Origin: an uncultured Subdoligranulum sp.
Lineage (GTDB): Bacteria > Bacillota > Clostridia > Christensenellales > CAG-314
Assembly (NCBI GenBank): GCA_902496185.1
Contig: CABUZX010000006.1
Location: 1,143 to 65,142 of the forward strand
DNA length: 64,000 bases
Direction: 5' to 3'
The translations under genes and the position numbers were made by a program. Of the stretch, positions 1-9,652 are shown one piece after another. Below the pieces are notes generated by a model, which had not been told where the DNA came from, made no database searches, and saw only the letters and a program-made list of their open reading frames with translations. The first letter of the stretch is position 1, and each line of letters begins with the position of its first letter.

Positions 1-1061
1 AAGAAACCCGTAACGTAAATACCTTTTTGCAACATAAGAGTTGCTACTTTTTGGCTCAAAACTGCATCGTAAAGCATGACGGGGATAATTGCGTGGTCCT
101 TACCAGCAAGGTCAAACTTGTTCTTTTCCATCTCAGCGCGGAAATATTTTGCATTTTCCATAACCTTGTCGCGCAACGAAGTATCGGCAGAAAGCATTTC
201 CAGCACTTTGAGGGTTGACGCGCAAATTGCAGGCGCTACGGTATTTGAAAAGAGATATGGACGACTACGTTGACGCAACAAATCTATAATTTCTCTCCTA
301 CCGCTTGTAAAACCACCGCTTGCTCCGCCCAAAGCCTTGCCAAACGTACCTGTAATTATATCTACTCTACCTACTACTCCGCAATACTCTGCAGTACCTC
401 TGCCCGTAGCGCCGACAAAACCTGTCGCGTGGCTGTCGTCCACTACCACCATTGCGTTATATTTTTCTGCCAAATCACAAACGCCTTTAAGGTTTGCAAT
501 AATACCGTCCATACTAAATACACCGTCTGTAACGATTATTTTTTGTTTGCATCCGTCGCTATCTGCCTGTTTGAGTTGTTTTTCAAGGTCTTCCATATCG
601 TTGTTTGCATAACGATAACGGTGAGCTTTTGACAAACGTACGCCGTCAATAATGCTTGCATGGTTTAAAGCGTCGCTTATTATTGCGTCGTCGGCAGTAG
701 TAATGGTTTCAAAAAGGCCACCGTTTGCATCAAAGCAACTGCTGTACAAAATCGTGTCTTCCGTAGACAAAAATTTGCTGATAGCGCATTCCAATTCCTT
801 ATGAATCGTTTGAGTTCCACAAATAAAACGCACGCTACTCATACCGTAACCGTATTTGTCGTAGCTTTCTTTTGCAACTTTTTTAATTTCCGCATTGTCG
901 GAAAGCCCCAAATAGTTGTTTGCGCAAAAATTTAAAACGCCGTTTGCTTGTGTCGTATTGATTTGAGCGCTTTGCGGTGTAGTAATGATTCTTTCTTCCT
1001 TCCAAAGACCGCTTTGTTTAATGTCGTCCAATATAGCTTGGTAATATTTTTTATCAAACAT
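1..1061 (-). CDS. kbl: glycine C-acetyltransferase (2-amino-3-ketobutyrate CoA ligase); C-terminus cut by window edge
   Basis: Own translation of the minus strand from ATG 1061: [26 protein letters not shown]...NHASIIDG...FSMDG...[13 protein letters not shown]. This is a class-II aminotransferase/Kbl-like pattern. It lies 50 nt downstream of tdh. The ORF track omits it because it runs off the window. Confidence 0.85.
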   Translation of the reverse strand, partial: MFDKKYYQAILDDIKQSGLWKEERIITTPQSAQINTTQANGVLNFCANNYLGLSDNAEIKKVAKESYDKYGYGMSSVRFICGTQTIHKELECAISKFLSTEDTILYSSCFDANGGLFETITTADDAIISDALNHASIIDGVRLSKAHRYRYANNDMEDLEKQLKQADSDGCKQKIIVTDGVFSMDGIIANLKGVCDLAEKYNAMVVVDDSHATGFVGATGRGTAEYCGVVGRVDIITGTFGKALGGASGGFTSGRREIIDLLRQRSRPYLFSNTVAPAICASTLKVLEMLSADTSLRDKVMENAKYFRAEMEKNKFDLAGKDHAIIPVMLYDAVLSQKVATLMLQKGIYVTGF

Positions 1062-1111
1062 TGAGATTGTCCTCCTGTTTTGTTTTATATTTTTATTTTT
1101 GATATTGATTA

Positions 1112-2152
1112 TTATTTAGTCCAATCCAAAAGGATTTTTCCACTCTTGCCACTAATCATGGCTTCAAAACCCTTTTCAAAATCCTGATATTTGTATTCAC
1201 CTGTAATAATGTTTGAAATATCAAGACCGCTTTTAAGCATTGCAGTCATTTTGTGCCAGGTTTCAAATACTTCCCTACCGTAAATACCCTGCAACGTGAC
1301 CATATTGAAAATAACTTTGTTCCAATCTATTTTTGTATTTGGTCCTTGCAAGCCAAGCAAAGCCACTTTTCCACCCATTATCATGTTGTCAAGCATTTCG
1401 TTAAATGCGATTGCGCTACCGCTCATTTCTAACCCAACGTCAAAGCCCTCTTCCATACCTATTTGCTTTTGAACGTCCTTTATACGGGTATTCATTGTGT
1501 TGACAGTAATAGCGCTCGGACAAACTTTTTTGGCAAGCTCTAAACGAAAATCGCTGATATCCGTCAAAACGACCTGACCTGCGCCAACGTGACGGCAAAT
1601 TGCAGCCGCCATTATGCCGATAGGACCTGCGCCGGTAATAAGAACGTCTTCGCCCACCATATTAAATTTAAGAGCCGTATGTGTTGCATTGCCCAACGGA
1701 TCGAAAATAGCATAAGTTTTTTCTGGAATTGCTTTGTCGCACAACCAAAGATTACGGATTGGTATGCTTGCGTATTCTGCAAAAATACCGTCACGGTTGA
1801 CGCCTATTCCGCTTGTATTTGGGCAAAGATGTCTACGCCCCGCGCGACAGTTTCGACACTTTCCGCAAACCACGTGACCTTCAGCCGATACTATATCGCC
1901 GACTTTAAAAGCAGTACTATTGTTGCCCTTGATTTCTACAATTTCGCCTACAAACTCGTGACCTATCGTCATTGGAGCTTTGATAGTATCTTGCGCCCAT
2001 TGATTCCATTGATAAATATGTACGTCAGTACCACAAATAGCGGAATAATGAATTTTTACCAATGCTTCGCCGTCGTTTATTACGGGGACGTCTTTGCGGA
2101 CAAGTTCCAAACCGGGTTGTGACGCCGGCTTGATAATAGCATCCATTTTCAT
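1112..2152 (-). CDS. tdh: L-threonine 3-dehydrogenase (Zn-dependent alcohol dehydrogenase family)
   Basis: 346 aa. Contains [20 protein letters not shown] and [15 protein letters not shown] zinc motifs, and a GAGPIG Rossmann motif. Adjacent to kbl. Confidence 0.9.
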   Translation of the reverse strand: MKMDAIIKPASQPGLELVRKDVPVINDGEALVKIHYSAICGTDVHIYQWNQWAQDTIKAPMTIGHEFVGEIVEIKGNNSTAFKVGDIVSAEGHVVCGKCRNCRAGRRHLCPNTSGIGVNRDGIFAEYASIPIRNLWLCDKAIPEKTYAIFDPLGNATHTALKFNMVGEDVLITGAGPIGIMAAAICRHVGAGQVVLTDISDFRLELAKKVCPSAITVNTMNTRIKDVQKQIGMEEGFDVGLEMSGSAIAFNEMLDNMIMGGKVALLGLQGPNTKIDWNKVIFNMVTLQGIYGREVFETWHKMTAMLKSGLDISNIITGEYKYQDFEKGFEAMISGKSGKILLDWTK

Positions 2153-2185
2153 AAAAAATTACCTCTTTTTATTTTGTTTTGTTTT

Positions 2186-3340
2186 TTAATTATTAGATAG
2201 TTTTTTTGACGCATATATAGCGCTCACAACGGCAAAGTGAAGATTATATCCACCGCACAAACCGTCGACGTCCAACGCCTCGCCCACCACCGTAATACCG
2301 TTGGGCAACGTAAGCGTTTCATCAAGATATTTTACGTCTACTCCGCCCGAAGTCACTTGACTCAAAGCAAAATCCACGGGGTTTGCGTCTTCAAAAACCG
2401 TATTTTTAATTTTTTCAACGTATCTGTCTATATCTTTGGACAGATTTTGTTTTTTGATCCACTCCGCTATTTTGTTGGGTAACAAGCCGACAAAAATTTC
2501 GTCTCCGTAACCCTCCTTAATGCGATGCAATAAAATACTTTTTAGTTGTTGCGCCGAAAAAGACGGCAAAAAATCTATATGTAAATCAAAACGGCTTTTG
2601 TCTCCTTTTGCCCTCGTGCGGGCAACGTAACTGCTCATATTAAAGGTACATATACCGCTTAATCCAAAATCTCTAAACTGAACCTCGCCTAATTCTTCCG
2701 CTATAGTGTGATTATCTTTTTTTAGGGCAATCAAGCACCTTGCGCGCACCCCAGACAAGCTCTTTGCAACCAAACGCACCTTCATAGGGGCTAAAGACGG
2801 CGCCATATTGGTCAAAAACTGTTTTCCGACTAATTGGTCGAGATTGACGTTTGTCGCCTGTGAGCTACTACCTACCGCCACTACGACACGTTTTGAAACA
2901 ACGTCTTTGCCATTAAAACAAACGGAAAAACCGTCCTTTGTTTTTTTAATTTTTTCCACCAGCGCGTTGCAAATGACTTTTACGCCTGAGCGCATTGCCG
3001 AAAACCGCAAGCAATCACACACGGACGCCGAAGAATAAGTAATGGGATACACTCTACCTTCGTCATCTGGTTTTGATAAATAAATACCGCAGGAATTAAC
3101 GAATTTTTCGTACTCGCCAAAAGGTACTTCCTCAAAAATTTTTTTAACAAAGACGGGGTTGTTGTAAGCTTTGCTATTTAGGTTTACGTTGGTAAGATTG
3201 CATCTACCTGCGCCCGTCAACAACAATTTTTTTCCTACTCTTTGATTAGATTCTATCAAAGTGACGGAGTTGCCTGCTCTTGAAGCGCAAATAGCATACA
3301 CCAAGCCACTAACCCCACCACCAATAACCGTTACGTCCAT
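2186..3340 (-). CDS. HI0933-like / aminoacetone-oxidase-family FAD flavoprotein
   Basis: 384 aa. N-terminal VIGGGVSG dinucleotide fold, GAGRCNLTN motif and C-terminal GEALDVDGLCGGYNL, all typical of the HI0933 family. It is 33 nt upstream of tdh on the same strand. Confidence 0.75.
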   Translation of the reverse strand: MDVTVIGGGVSGLVYAICASRAGNSVTLIESNQRVGKKLLLTGAGRCNLTNVNLNSKAYNNPVFVKKIFEEVPFGEYEKFVNSCGIYLSKPDDEGRVYPITYSSASVCDCLRFSAMRSGVKVICNALVEKIKKTKDGFSVCFNGKDVVSKRVVVAVGSSSQATNVNLDQLVGKQFLTNMAPSLAPMKVRLVAKSLSGVRARCLIALKKDNHTIAEELGEVQFRDFGLSGICTFNMSSYVARTRAKGDKSRFDLHIDFLPSFSAQQLKSILLHRIKEGYGDEIFVGLLPNKIAEWIKKQNLSKDIDRYVEKIKNTVFEDANPVDFALSQVTSGGVDVKYLDETLTLPNGITVVGEALDVDGLCGGYNLHFAVVSAIYASKKLSNN

Positions 3341-3346
3341 TTTTTT

Positions 3347-3375
3347 ATTATAAACTTGTTTATAAAAAAAGTAAA
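3347..3375 (-). promoter_or_regulatory. sigma-A-type promoter, leaderless configuration (flavoprotein-tdh-kbl operon)
   Basis: Minus strand reads TTTACT-17 nt-TATAAT-AAAAAA-ATG. There is no Shine-Dalgarno sequence between the -10 and the start codon at 3340. Confidence 0.55.
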
Positions 3376-3414
3376 ATATTTAGCCCAATTAAATATAAAA
3401 AGTTTTTAAAAAAC

Positions 3415-3446
3415 AAAAAAAACCGAAATTCAGTTTTCGGTTTTTT
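3415..3446 (-). terminator. intrinsic terminator of ppa
   Basis: Hairpin AAAACCGAAA/TTTCGGTTTT with the ppa stop codon in the loop, followed by a U-run on the minus strand. Confidence 0.7.
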
Positions 3447-3966
3447 GCAAATTGTCATAGACTAACATATATTCTTTTATTTTTGCTTTTGCATCCTTTT
3501 CGTCACAGATTTTTTCCACCGCTGTTTTTTTGCCTTCCAATGTTTTGTAAACCGTAAAGAAATGCATAATCTCCTCCATAAGATGCTGTGGCAAATCACT
3601 TATTGTGCGATAAGAACAAAAAGTAGGATCGGAAAAAGGTACGGCTATAATTTTTTCGTCAAAAAAGTCTTGATCTACCATAGTAATCATACCTATAGGA
3701 AAGCATCTTACCAGACAGTTTGTTTCGATAGATTCGCTACAAAGCACCAATACGTCAAGATGATCGCCGTCTGCTGCTAACGTACGGGGAATTAATCCAT
3801 AATTTGCAGGATAGCGCGTTGCAGTAAACAACACACGGTTTAACATCATATAGCCCGTTTCCTTATCAAGTTCATATTTCATTTTGCTCCCCTTGGAAAT
3901 TTCTATCAAAGCAACAAAATCGTCAGGAGTAATGCGTGCTTGGTCTATTTGATCAATTGAAATCAT
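3430..3966 (-). CDS. ppa: inorganic pyrophosphatase, family I
   Basis: 178 aa. Contains EISKGSKMKYELDKETG, YPANYGLIP and DGDHLDVLVL signature segments. Confidence 0.9.
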   Translation of the reverse strand: MISIDQIDQARITPDDFVALIEISKGSKMKYELDKETGYMMLNRVLFTATRYPANYGLIPRTLAADGDHLDVLVLCSESIETNCLVRCFPIGMITMVDQDFFDEKIIAVPFSDPTFCSYRTISDLPQHLMEEIMHFFTVYKTLEGKKTAVEKICDEKDAKAKIKEYMLVYDNLQKTEN

Positions 3967-4093
3967 AAATAACCTACCTTAAAATTATTTTGAGGAAATT
4001 AATAATATATTATTATAATTTATCATTGACATTTTTGCAATTTTTTTTTACTAGCAAATATAAATATTTTGTAGATTTTTTTGGAGAAATATT

Positions 4094-5293
4094 ATGATAG
4101 TCGCAAAATTCGGAGGTACGGCGTTAGCCGACGGAAAAAACTGGCAAAAAGTATTAAATATTTTAAAAGAAAATGACAAGTTTGCAATAGTCGTATCAGC
4201 ACCCGGAGCAAGGTTTTTGGGCGACAAAAAAGTAACCGACATGCTCTATGAATACTATTATACCAAACCAGAAAATGCAAAAAAAATTATTTGGAAAAAA
4301 ATATCCGAGCGTTTTGGCGAAATAGCTTGCTTTTTGGGAGTAAATATTGACTATTTACTTGAAGAAACACGCCTATTAACGTTAGAGGCAGACCTCCCGT
4401 ACGTGGTAAGTAGAGGCGAATATTTATCGTCAAAACTTTTCAGTCTCGTCAGCAATAAAAAACATATTGATTCTGCGCAAAAAATCAAATTTGACGACAA
4501 TGGACGGATAATGGAAAAACTTACGGAGCAATTATTGTTTGACGCTTGCGCGCCAGACTTAAACGGATACGTTTTGGGAGGCTTTTTCGGTAGTGACTTG
4601 TCGGGCAAAATCCGCCTGTTTGACCGTGGCGGAAGCGATATTACGGGAGCTTTGGTCGCAAGCGCCATTAATGCCGAACTTTATGAAAATTGGACGGACG
4701 TAAGCGGTTTTTTTGTTTGCGATCCGCGAATAGTTTTAAACCCTGTAAAAATCAATTGTTTAAGTTTTGAGCAATTAAAGATTTTGTCCACTCTCGGCGC
4801 AAGCGTTTTGCACCCTCAAAGCGTTTATCCCGCTCAACGAAAAAATATCCCAATAAACATCAAAAGCGTTTTTAAACCGTTTGATAATGGGACTTTCGTT
4901 ATGCCTACCACAAAAAACCAAGGCGACGTACTTGGAATCGTTGCAACAGACGTAGTTTGTTTTGACGTCTTAAATCATAAAAACAATTTATATCTCTCTG
5001 ACGCTCTTTACGTTTGTCAAAATTGCGGGTTTTGTACCGTCGTACTCAAAAAAAGCCTTTACGACGGCAAATTTCCGCAAAATGACGGAATACTGTTTAA
5101 ACGAGAGGCAACTCTTGTTTCTGTACTTGTTGACGGAAAGTTTTGTGTTTCCGACCAAATACGTTGCGCGTTAAATAAAGCTAACCTTTCAGCCAAAATT
5201 TTATGCGACGATTTTGGACTTAGTATGTGCCTAACTGCGCCAAATACAACAAAGCTTGCTACACGCGTAGTATATGATTATTTTTTTAATTAA
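4094..5293 (+). CDS. aspartate kinase
   Basis: 399 aa. Amino-acid kinase fold motifs KFGGTAL, VVSAPG and RGGSDITGALVASAINAELYENWTDVSGFFVCDPRIV. GGAG Shine-Dalgarno sequence upstream. Confidence 0.8.
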   Translation: MIVAKFGGTALADGKNWQKVLNILKENDKFAIVVSAPGARFLGDKKVTDMLYEYYYTKPENAKKIIWKKISERFGEIACFLGVNIDYLLEETRLLTLEADLPYVVSRGEYLSSKLFSLVSNKKHIDSAQKIKFDDNGRIMEKLTEQLLFDACAPDLNGYVLGGFFGSDLSGKIRLFDRGGSDITGALVASAINAELYENWTDVSGFFVCDPRIVLNPVKINCLSFEQLKILSTLGASVLHPQSVYPAQRKNIPINIKSVFKPFDNGTFVMPTTKNQGDVLGIVATDVVCFDVLNHKNNLYLSDALYVCQNCGFCTVVLKKSLYDGKFPQNDGILFKREATLVSVLVDGKFCVSDQIRCALNKANLSAKILCDDFGLSMCLTAPNTTKLATRVVYDYFFN

Positions 5294-5303
5294 CATAACA
5301 AAA

Positions 5304-5327
5304 CCCACTACCAAAAAAGGCAGTGGG
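5304..5327. terminator. bidirectional hairpin between convergent aspartate kinase and DUF1015 genes
   Basis: CCCACTACC-AAAAAA-GGCAGTGGG (one A.C mismatch), flanked by A and T runs. Confidence 0.5.
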
Positions 5328-5338
5328 TAAAATTTTGT

Positions 5339-6577
5339 TTATCTAATTTTTTTACTTTCTACGTAGTAGCGTTTTTCCGCCGCTTCACCCATAGAGAAAG
5401 TCTTGCGTGGCAAAGCGCCAATCTTAAGTACGTAATCGAATAAATCGTTTTTGTCGAGTGGGGGCAAAGTAATACCAATTGAATTTGGAGCTTTATCCAC
5501 AACGCCTTTTAAATCCTCCAAGCCGTGAACGTAGTCAACCGAAGCGTTAGGATGTGACTTAATATAAGCGTCGATATATTCTTGAACTTTGCCTACGGCA
5601 ACAGCCGCATTTTTTGGCAATTTGATAGGTTGCTCGCCTTCTTTTGAGGTATAAATCAAACAATCGGCTTCGCCCTGACAAATTGATTTAAAGCCCTCTA
5701 CAAAGTCTTTGTCCACGTTAAACACAGCGCGGTGAATAGGTTCAAAAACAAGACCTTCGTCGTGAAGATTTTCCACCTCGACAAGACAGAAACGGGCTGG
5801 ATGCGTATCCCATTGCTCTTGCGGTAATGATTGTTTAATTTCTTCCCAACAAGCTTTTGCCGTTGCAAGAGAGTGGTTTCCATCACCTACCGCAAACTGC
5901 ATAACTTCGGAAGAATCTCCGTAGAGACGTTTGATATAATCTTGAGCTATAAGATTGTTTAATTTTTCGATAACAGCGTCAGTATCGTCAATGCGATAAC
6001 CTACAACGTGTCCGCCGTTCATATTTAAATCAAAGTCGTACAACTTTTGGAAAGAGTTGCGATTTGCATAGAGATTTTCTATAATCTTTTGTTCTCTATC
6101 ATCAATTAAAAGCATGATATGCGGCAACTCAATGGGAGCATTAATACGGATTTTTTTGCGCGGTGGAATTCTCTCCACTACCGTGCCTTCCGTTGCTCTT
6201 ATTAAAGCGTGATCTTCTCGCACAAAACTGTAAGCCTCAAGATCAACTGCCAAAACCAACCCCAAACGTCTCGGAGTCAACGCCGTGCTACGTTCTACCA
6301 ATACCATACAATTGCCTATTTCCGTCAGCACGCCTTCTTCAAGATATTTTTTCATATTGGCGTTGATACTGTCGATAATGGGTTGATTGTCTCTCGATAA
6401 ATGAGCTTCGGGAAATATAACCTTGAGTGTGCTTGGAGCCTCCGCTACGTATTCGGAAAGTTCCTGCCAATACTCGGGTTGACTTGTAAATTGGTCGCAA
6501 GCAACTACAGCCCACTTGGTCATATTTACTTTTTGGTTTGGCATCAACATATTTGGTGCTTTAATAATACTTTTCAT
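5339..6577 (-). CDS. DUF1015 family protein
   Basis: 412 aa. The N-terminal segment WAVVACDQFTSQPEYW is characteristic of DUF1015. AGGAG Shine-Dalgarno sequence. Confidence 0.7.
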   Translation of the reverse strand: MKSIIKAPNMLMPNQKVNMTKWAVVACDQFTSQPEYWQELSEYVAEAPSTLKVIFPEAHLSRDNQPIIDSINANMKKYLEEGVLTEIGNCMVLVERSTALTPRRLGLVLAVDLEAYSFVREDHALIRATEGTVVERIPPRKKIRINAPIELPHIMLLIDDREQKIIENLYANRNSFQKLYDFDLNMNGGHVVGYRIDDTDAVIEKLNNLIAQDYIKRLYGDSSEVMQFAVGDGNHSLATAKACWEEIKQSLPQEQWDTHPARFCLVEVENLHDEGLVFEPIHRAVFNVDKDFVEGFKSICQGEADCLIYTSKEGEQPIKLPKNAAVAVGKVQEYIDAYIKSHPNASVDYVHGLEDLKGVVDKAPNSIGITLPPLDKNDLFDYVLKIGALPRKTFSMGEAAEKRYYVESKKIR

Positions 6578-6636
6578 GTGTTCTCCTTGTAAAACGTCAA
6601 AAAGACGTATTTTGTTTGTTATTTATATTTAGTTAA

Positions 6637-6780
6637 TCAAAAAAGATAACCCATACACAGCCATAGCATAATTCCGCAAAGGATTGCGCCGAGTTTTGCA
6701 AACCAATGCTCCACGAAAATGCGTTTAAGTAGCCACTTTGTTTTATTGGTACTATCGGTGGTTTTTGTTTTATTCTGCAT
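6637..6780 (-). CDS. 47-aa membrane-anchor remnant resembling the N-terminus of CdaR (YbbR)
   Basis: ATG 6780 overlaps the cdaA stop (ATGCAGAATAA) and sits 9 nt after a GGAGGAG Shine-Dalgarno sequence. Product: MQNKTKTTDSTNKTKWLLKRIFVEHWFAKLGAILCGIMLWLCMGYLF. That is a single TM helix with the WLxxxLxxxLWL pattern of CdaR N-termini and no YbbR repeats. Confidence 0.4.
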   Translation of the reverse strand: MQNKTKTTDSTNKTKWLLKRIFVEHWFAKLGAILCGIMLWLCMGYLF

Positions 6781-7627
6781 TGTCTTCAACTCCTCCCCAG
6801 AATGCTTCTCTTGCGCTATCAACTGCGACGTTGTAACTGATTTTTAAAACCTTTGTCAATGTTGCAGAGTCAAGATAGCGTTTGTAGTGCTTATCGCACA
6901 TTGCCGTAATAATACCCGTTTCCTCCGAAACGACTATTGCAGTAAGAGTCGGATGTGACTCTGTCAAACCATAAGCCGCGCGGTGGCGAGTACCAAATTC
7001 CTTAGGCAAGGAATTATCTTGACTAAGTGGCAAATAGCAACCTGCAGCCAAAATTCTATCGCCCTTTATTATAACTGCACCGTCGTGTAACGGTGACTTT
7101 GGAAAGAATATAGTTTCCAACAATTCACTCGTGATTTTTGCATTGATTATCGTACCGCTTTCAATAATATAATCGTAAATATCATCTTTTACTATGACGA
7201 TAAGCGCGCCCACTTCAGACTTAGACATATTTTGGCAAGCCCTTACGATATGCGAAATATTACCTTCAATTTCTTCCTGTGTCATTACGTCATGAGCATG
7301 ATCGTGATCAAAAAGCGCAAGATGCCCCTTTAATCCTATTTTAAAAATATCACGACGAAGTTCATTGCGGAAAAATATCACAAACGATATCAGTTGCATC
7401 AATACAATCAAAGTAAATGCGACCAATGAAAAAGCCTTTCCCGCAAAAAAAGTCAGCAAGAAAGAAAGTGTAGATAATATAATACAAATTACCGAAAAGA
7501 AATTGCCGTTGTGAGCTGAAGAATAGCAATATACAAACATTAAAAGCGCTATTAATATAAAAATCTCCACCACGTCGGCAAATTTAAAATTTTTAAAAGT
7601 TTCCGTAAGATACTGCGTAAAAGACAT
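6770..7627 (-). CDS. cdaA: diadenylate cyclase CdaA (c-di-AMP synthase)
   Basis: 285 aa. Three N-terminal TM helices plus a DAC domain with HDGAVII, GTRHRAA and VVSEETG motifs. Confidence 0.9.
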   Translation of the reverse strand: MSFTQYLTETFKNFKFADVVEIFILIALLMFVYCYSSAHNGNFFSVICIILSTLSFLLTFFAGKAFSLVAFTLIVLMQLISFVIFFRNELRRDIFKIGLKGHLALFDHDHAHDVMTQEEIEGNISHIVRACQNMSKSEVGALIVIVKDDIYDYIIESGTIINAKITSELLETIFFPKSPLHDGAVIIKGDRILAAGCYLPLSQDNSLPKEFGTRHRAAYGLTESHPTLTAIVVSEETGIITAMCDKHYKRYLDSATLTKVLKISYNVAVDSAREAFWGGVEDNAE

Positions 7628-7842
7628 AATTTTTATCCTCGTTTTTATGATATAACAAAATCAAATCTTTTGCAAGTATTTTTGCGTGTTTGTTTTGTTT
7701 TTTGTAATAATATATCCTTAAGCAACTGTGATTATAGCTTGTTTTATTAGATAAAATTCTTTAGTCAATTATTCTATTCCACTAAATAATATTTATTATA
7801 CTATTAGAATTTTGCTAATTACTTTTTTACATACAAATATTC

Positions 7843-7868
7843 AAAAGACGCCTTATAAGGCGTCTTTT
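7843..7868 (-). terminator. intrinsic terminator of the hydrogenase operon
   Basis: AAAAGACGCC-TTATAA-GGCGTCTTTT, 21 nt downstream of the hydA stop. Confidence 0.8.
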
Positions 7869-7888
7869 GAATTAAAACAAATAATAAC

Positions 7889-9640
7889 TTATTTCTTCCT
7901 GTTGATATAGTGAGTATGCAAAAGTTCATGAGCAAGGTGACCGTTTGGTTCGCCAAGGAAGTCTTTGTAAAGTTTTTTGACTTCGCTATTTTCGTGGCTC
8001 TTACGTACGGAAGCTTTTTTGTCTGCCGTATAAATTGCCTTTGCGCGAGCGGCTCTCAAATCAAAGCCAGGCTTATTGCGAACTTCTGCAGGTTGAATTG
8101 GTTGTCCGCCACCCGTTACGCAACCGCCGGGGCAACACATTATTTCGATAAACACGCAATCGTCAAGTTTGCCTGCTTTGAGTTGTTCCATAACGGTATG
8201 AGCGTTTTCGATACCGTGAGCAATAATAACCTTTGCGGGTTTGCCACCGAGATCAACGGTTGCTTGCTTTACACCCTTTGTACCGCGAACAGCCGTAAAG
8301 TCCAATTTTTCCAACGGTTTGCCGTCAACGATTTCCTTAACGGTACGCAATGCAGCTTCCATAACACCGCCGGTAACACCAAAGATAAGACCTGCTGACG
8401 TGCCTTCGCCCATAAGATTGTCAAATTCACTATCACCCAAGCAAGGCAAGTCAAGACCAGCGCGCTTAATCATACGGGCAAGTTCTCTCGTAGTCAAAAC
8501 TACGTCCACGTCTTTGCCATCAGCATAAGCGTTGATGTGTTCTCTCTCGATTTCTGCCTTTTTGGCAACGCAAGGCATAATTGATACGCAAACGATATCT
8601 TTAGGATCAATATTGTTGACTTTTGCGTAATAAGATTTTACCAATGCGCCGTAAATTTGTTGCGGACTCTTTGTTGTGGAAAGATGGTCAAGCAATTCAG
8701 GATAATATTGCTCGATATAATTAATCCAACCCGGACTGCAACTTGTAATCATCGGAAGTTTGCCACCGTTCTTTACGCGGTTTAAAAGTTCCGTACCTTC
8801 TTCATGGATAGTAACGTCTGCCGTAAAGTCTACGTCAAATACTTTGTCAAAGCCCAACATCTTGAGCGCAGAAACCATTTTGCCTTGTACGTTTGTGCCG
8901 ATCGGATAACCGAATTCTTCGCCCAAAGCAACTCTTACTGCAGGAGCAGTTGCAACGACAACGTGCTTAGATTTGTCGTTTAATGCGTCTATAACTTGAT
9001 CGATATTGTCACGTTCTCTCAAAGCACCTGTCGGACAAACGGTTATACATTGACCACAAGCCACACAAGCAACGTCGTTAAGTGACAATTCGTAAGCGCT
9101 ACCGATAGAAGTATTAAAGCCACGTTCATTTGCGCCGATAACACCGATACGTTGCCAACTCTTGCAAGCGGCTACGCAACGACGGCACAAAATGCACTTG
9201 CTGTTGTCTCTTACAAGATACGGAGTAACGTCTTCTTCAAAAGATTGTTTTACACCATCATAATGATGCTCGTTGCAACCCAATTCTTGTGAAAGTTGTT
9301 GAAGTTCACACTTGCCACTTCTTACACAACTGTTACAAGCGTTGTTGTGGTTTGAAAGCAACAATTCAACCGTAGTACGACGACTATCGATAACTCTCTT
9401 GCTATTTGTGTAAATTTCCGTACCTTCTCTTTCGATAGGATAAACGCAAGCAGCAACCAAACTACGAGCGCCTACTACCTCACATACGCAAACACGGCAA
9501 GCGCCGATTGCGTTGATGTCCTTAAGATAACAGAGAGTTGGAATTTTGATACCAACCTGTCTGCATGCTTCCAAAATAGTGATACCTTTTTGAACGGAAT
9601 ATTCTTGTCCGTTGATTTTAATATTAATTAAATCTGCCAT
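7889..9640 (-). CDS. hydA: [FeFe]-hydrogenase catalytic subunit HydA (multimeric NuoEF-linked type)
   Basis: 583 aa. N-terminal 2Fe-2S (CRVCVCEV), His/Cys 4Fe-4S and 2x4Fe-4S motifs. H-cluster motifs are TSCSPGW, MPCVAKKAE and EIMCCPGGCVTGGGQP. Confidence 0.9.
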   Translation of the reverse strand: MADLINIKINGQEYSVQKGITILEACRQVGIKIPTLCYLKDINAIGACRVCVCEVVGARSLVAACVYPIEREGTEIYTNSKRVIDSRRTTVELLLSNHNNACNSCVRSGKCELQQLSQELGCNEHHYDGVKQSFEEDVTPYLVRDNSKCILCRRCVAACKSWQRIGVIGANERGFNTSIGSAYELSLNDVACVACGQCITVCPTGALRERDNIDQVIDALNDKSKHVVVATAPAVRVALGEEFGYPIGTNVQGKMVSALKMLGFDKVFDVDFTADVTIHEEGTELLNRVKNGGKLPMITSCSPGWINYIEQYYPELLDHLSTTKSPQQIYGALVKSYYAKVNNIDPKDIVCVSIMPCVAKKAEIEREHINAYADGKDVDVVLTTRELARMIKRAGLDLPCLGDSEFDNLMGEGTSAGLIFGVTGGVMEAALRTVKEIVDGKPLEKLDFTAVRGTKGVKQATVDLGGKPAKVIIAHGIENAHTVMEQLKAGKLDDCVFIEIMCCPGGCVTGGGQPIQPAEVRNKPGFDLRAARAKAIYTADKKASVRKSHENSEVKKLYKDFLGEPNGHLAHELLHTHYINRKK

Positions 9641-9652
9641 AGTTTTATCCCC

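Noticed and set aside
3967-4093. A possible lysine riboswitch (L-box) or T-box ahead of aspartate kinase.
   Set aside because: Only 127 nt of AT-rich sequence is available. It has none of the conserved L-box or T-box elements and no terminator or antiterminator.
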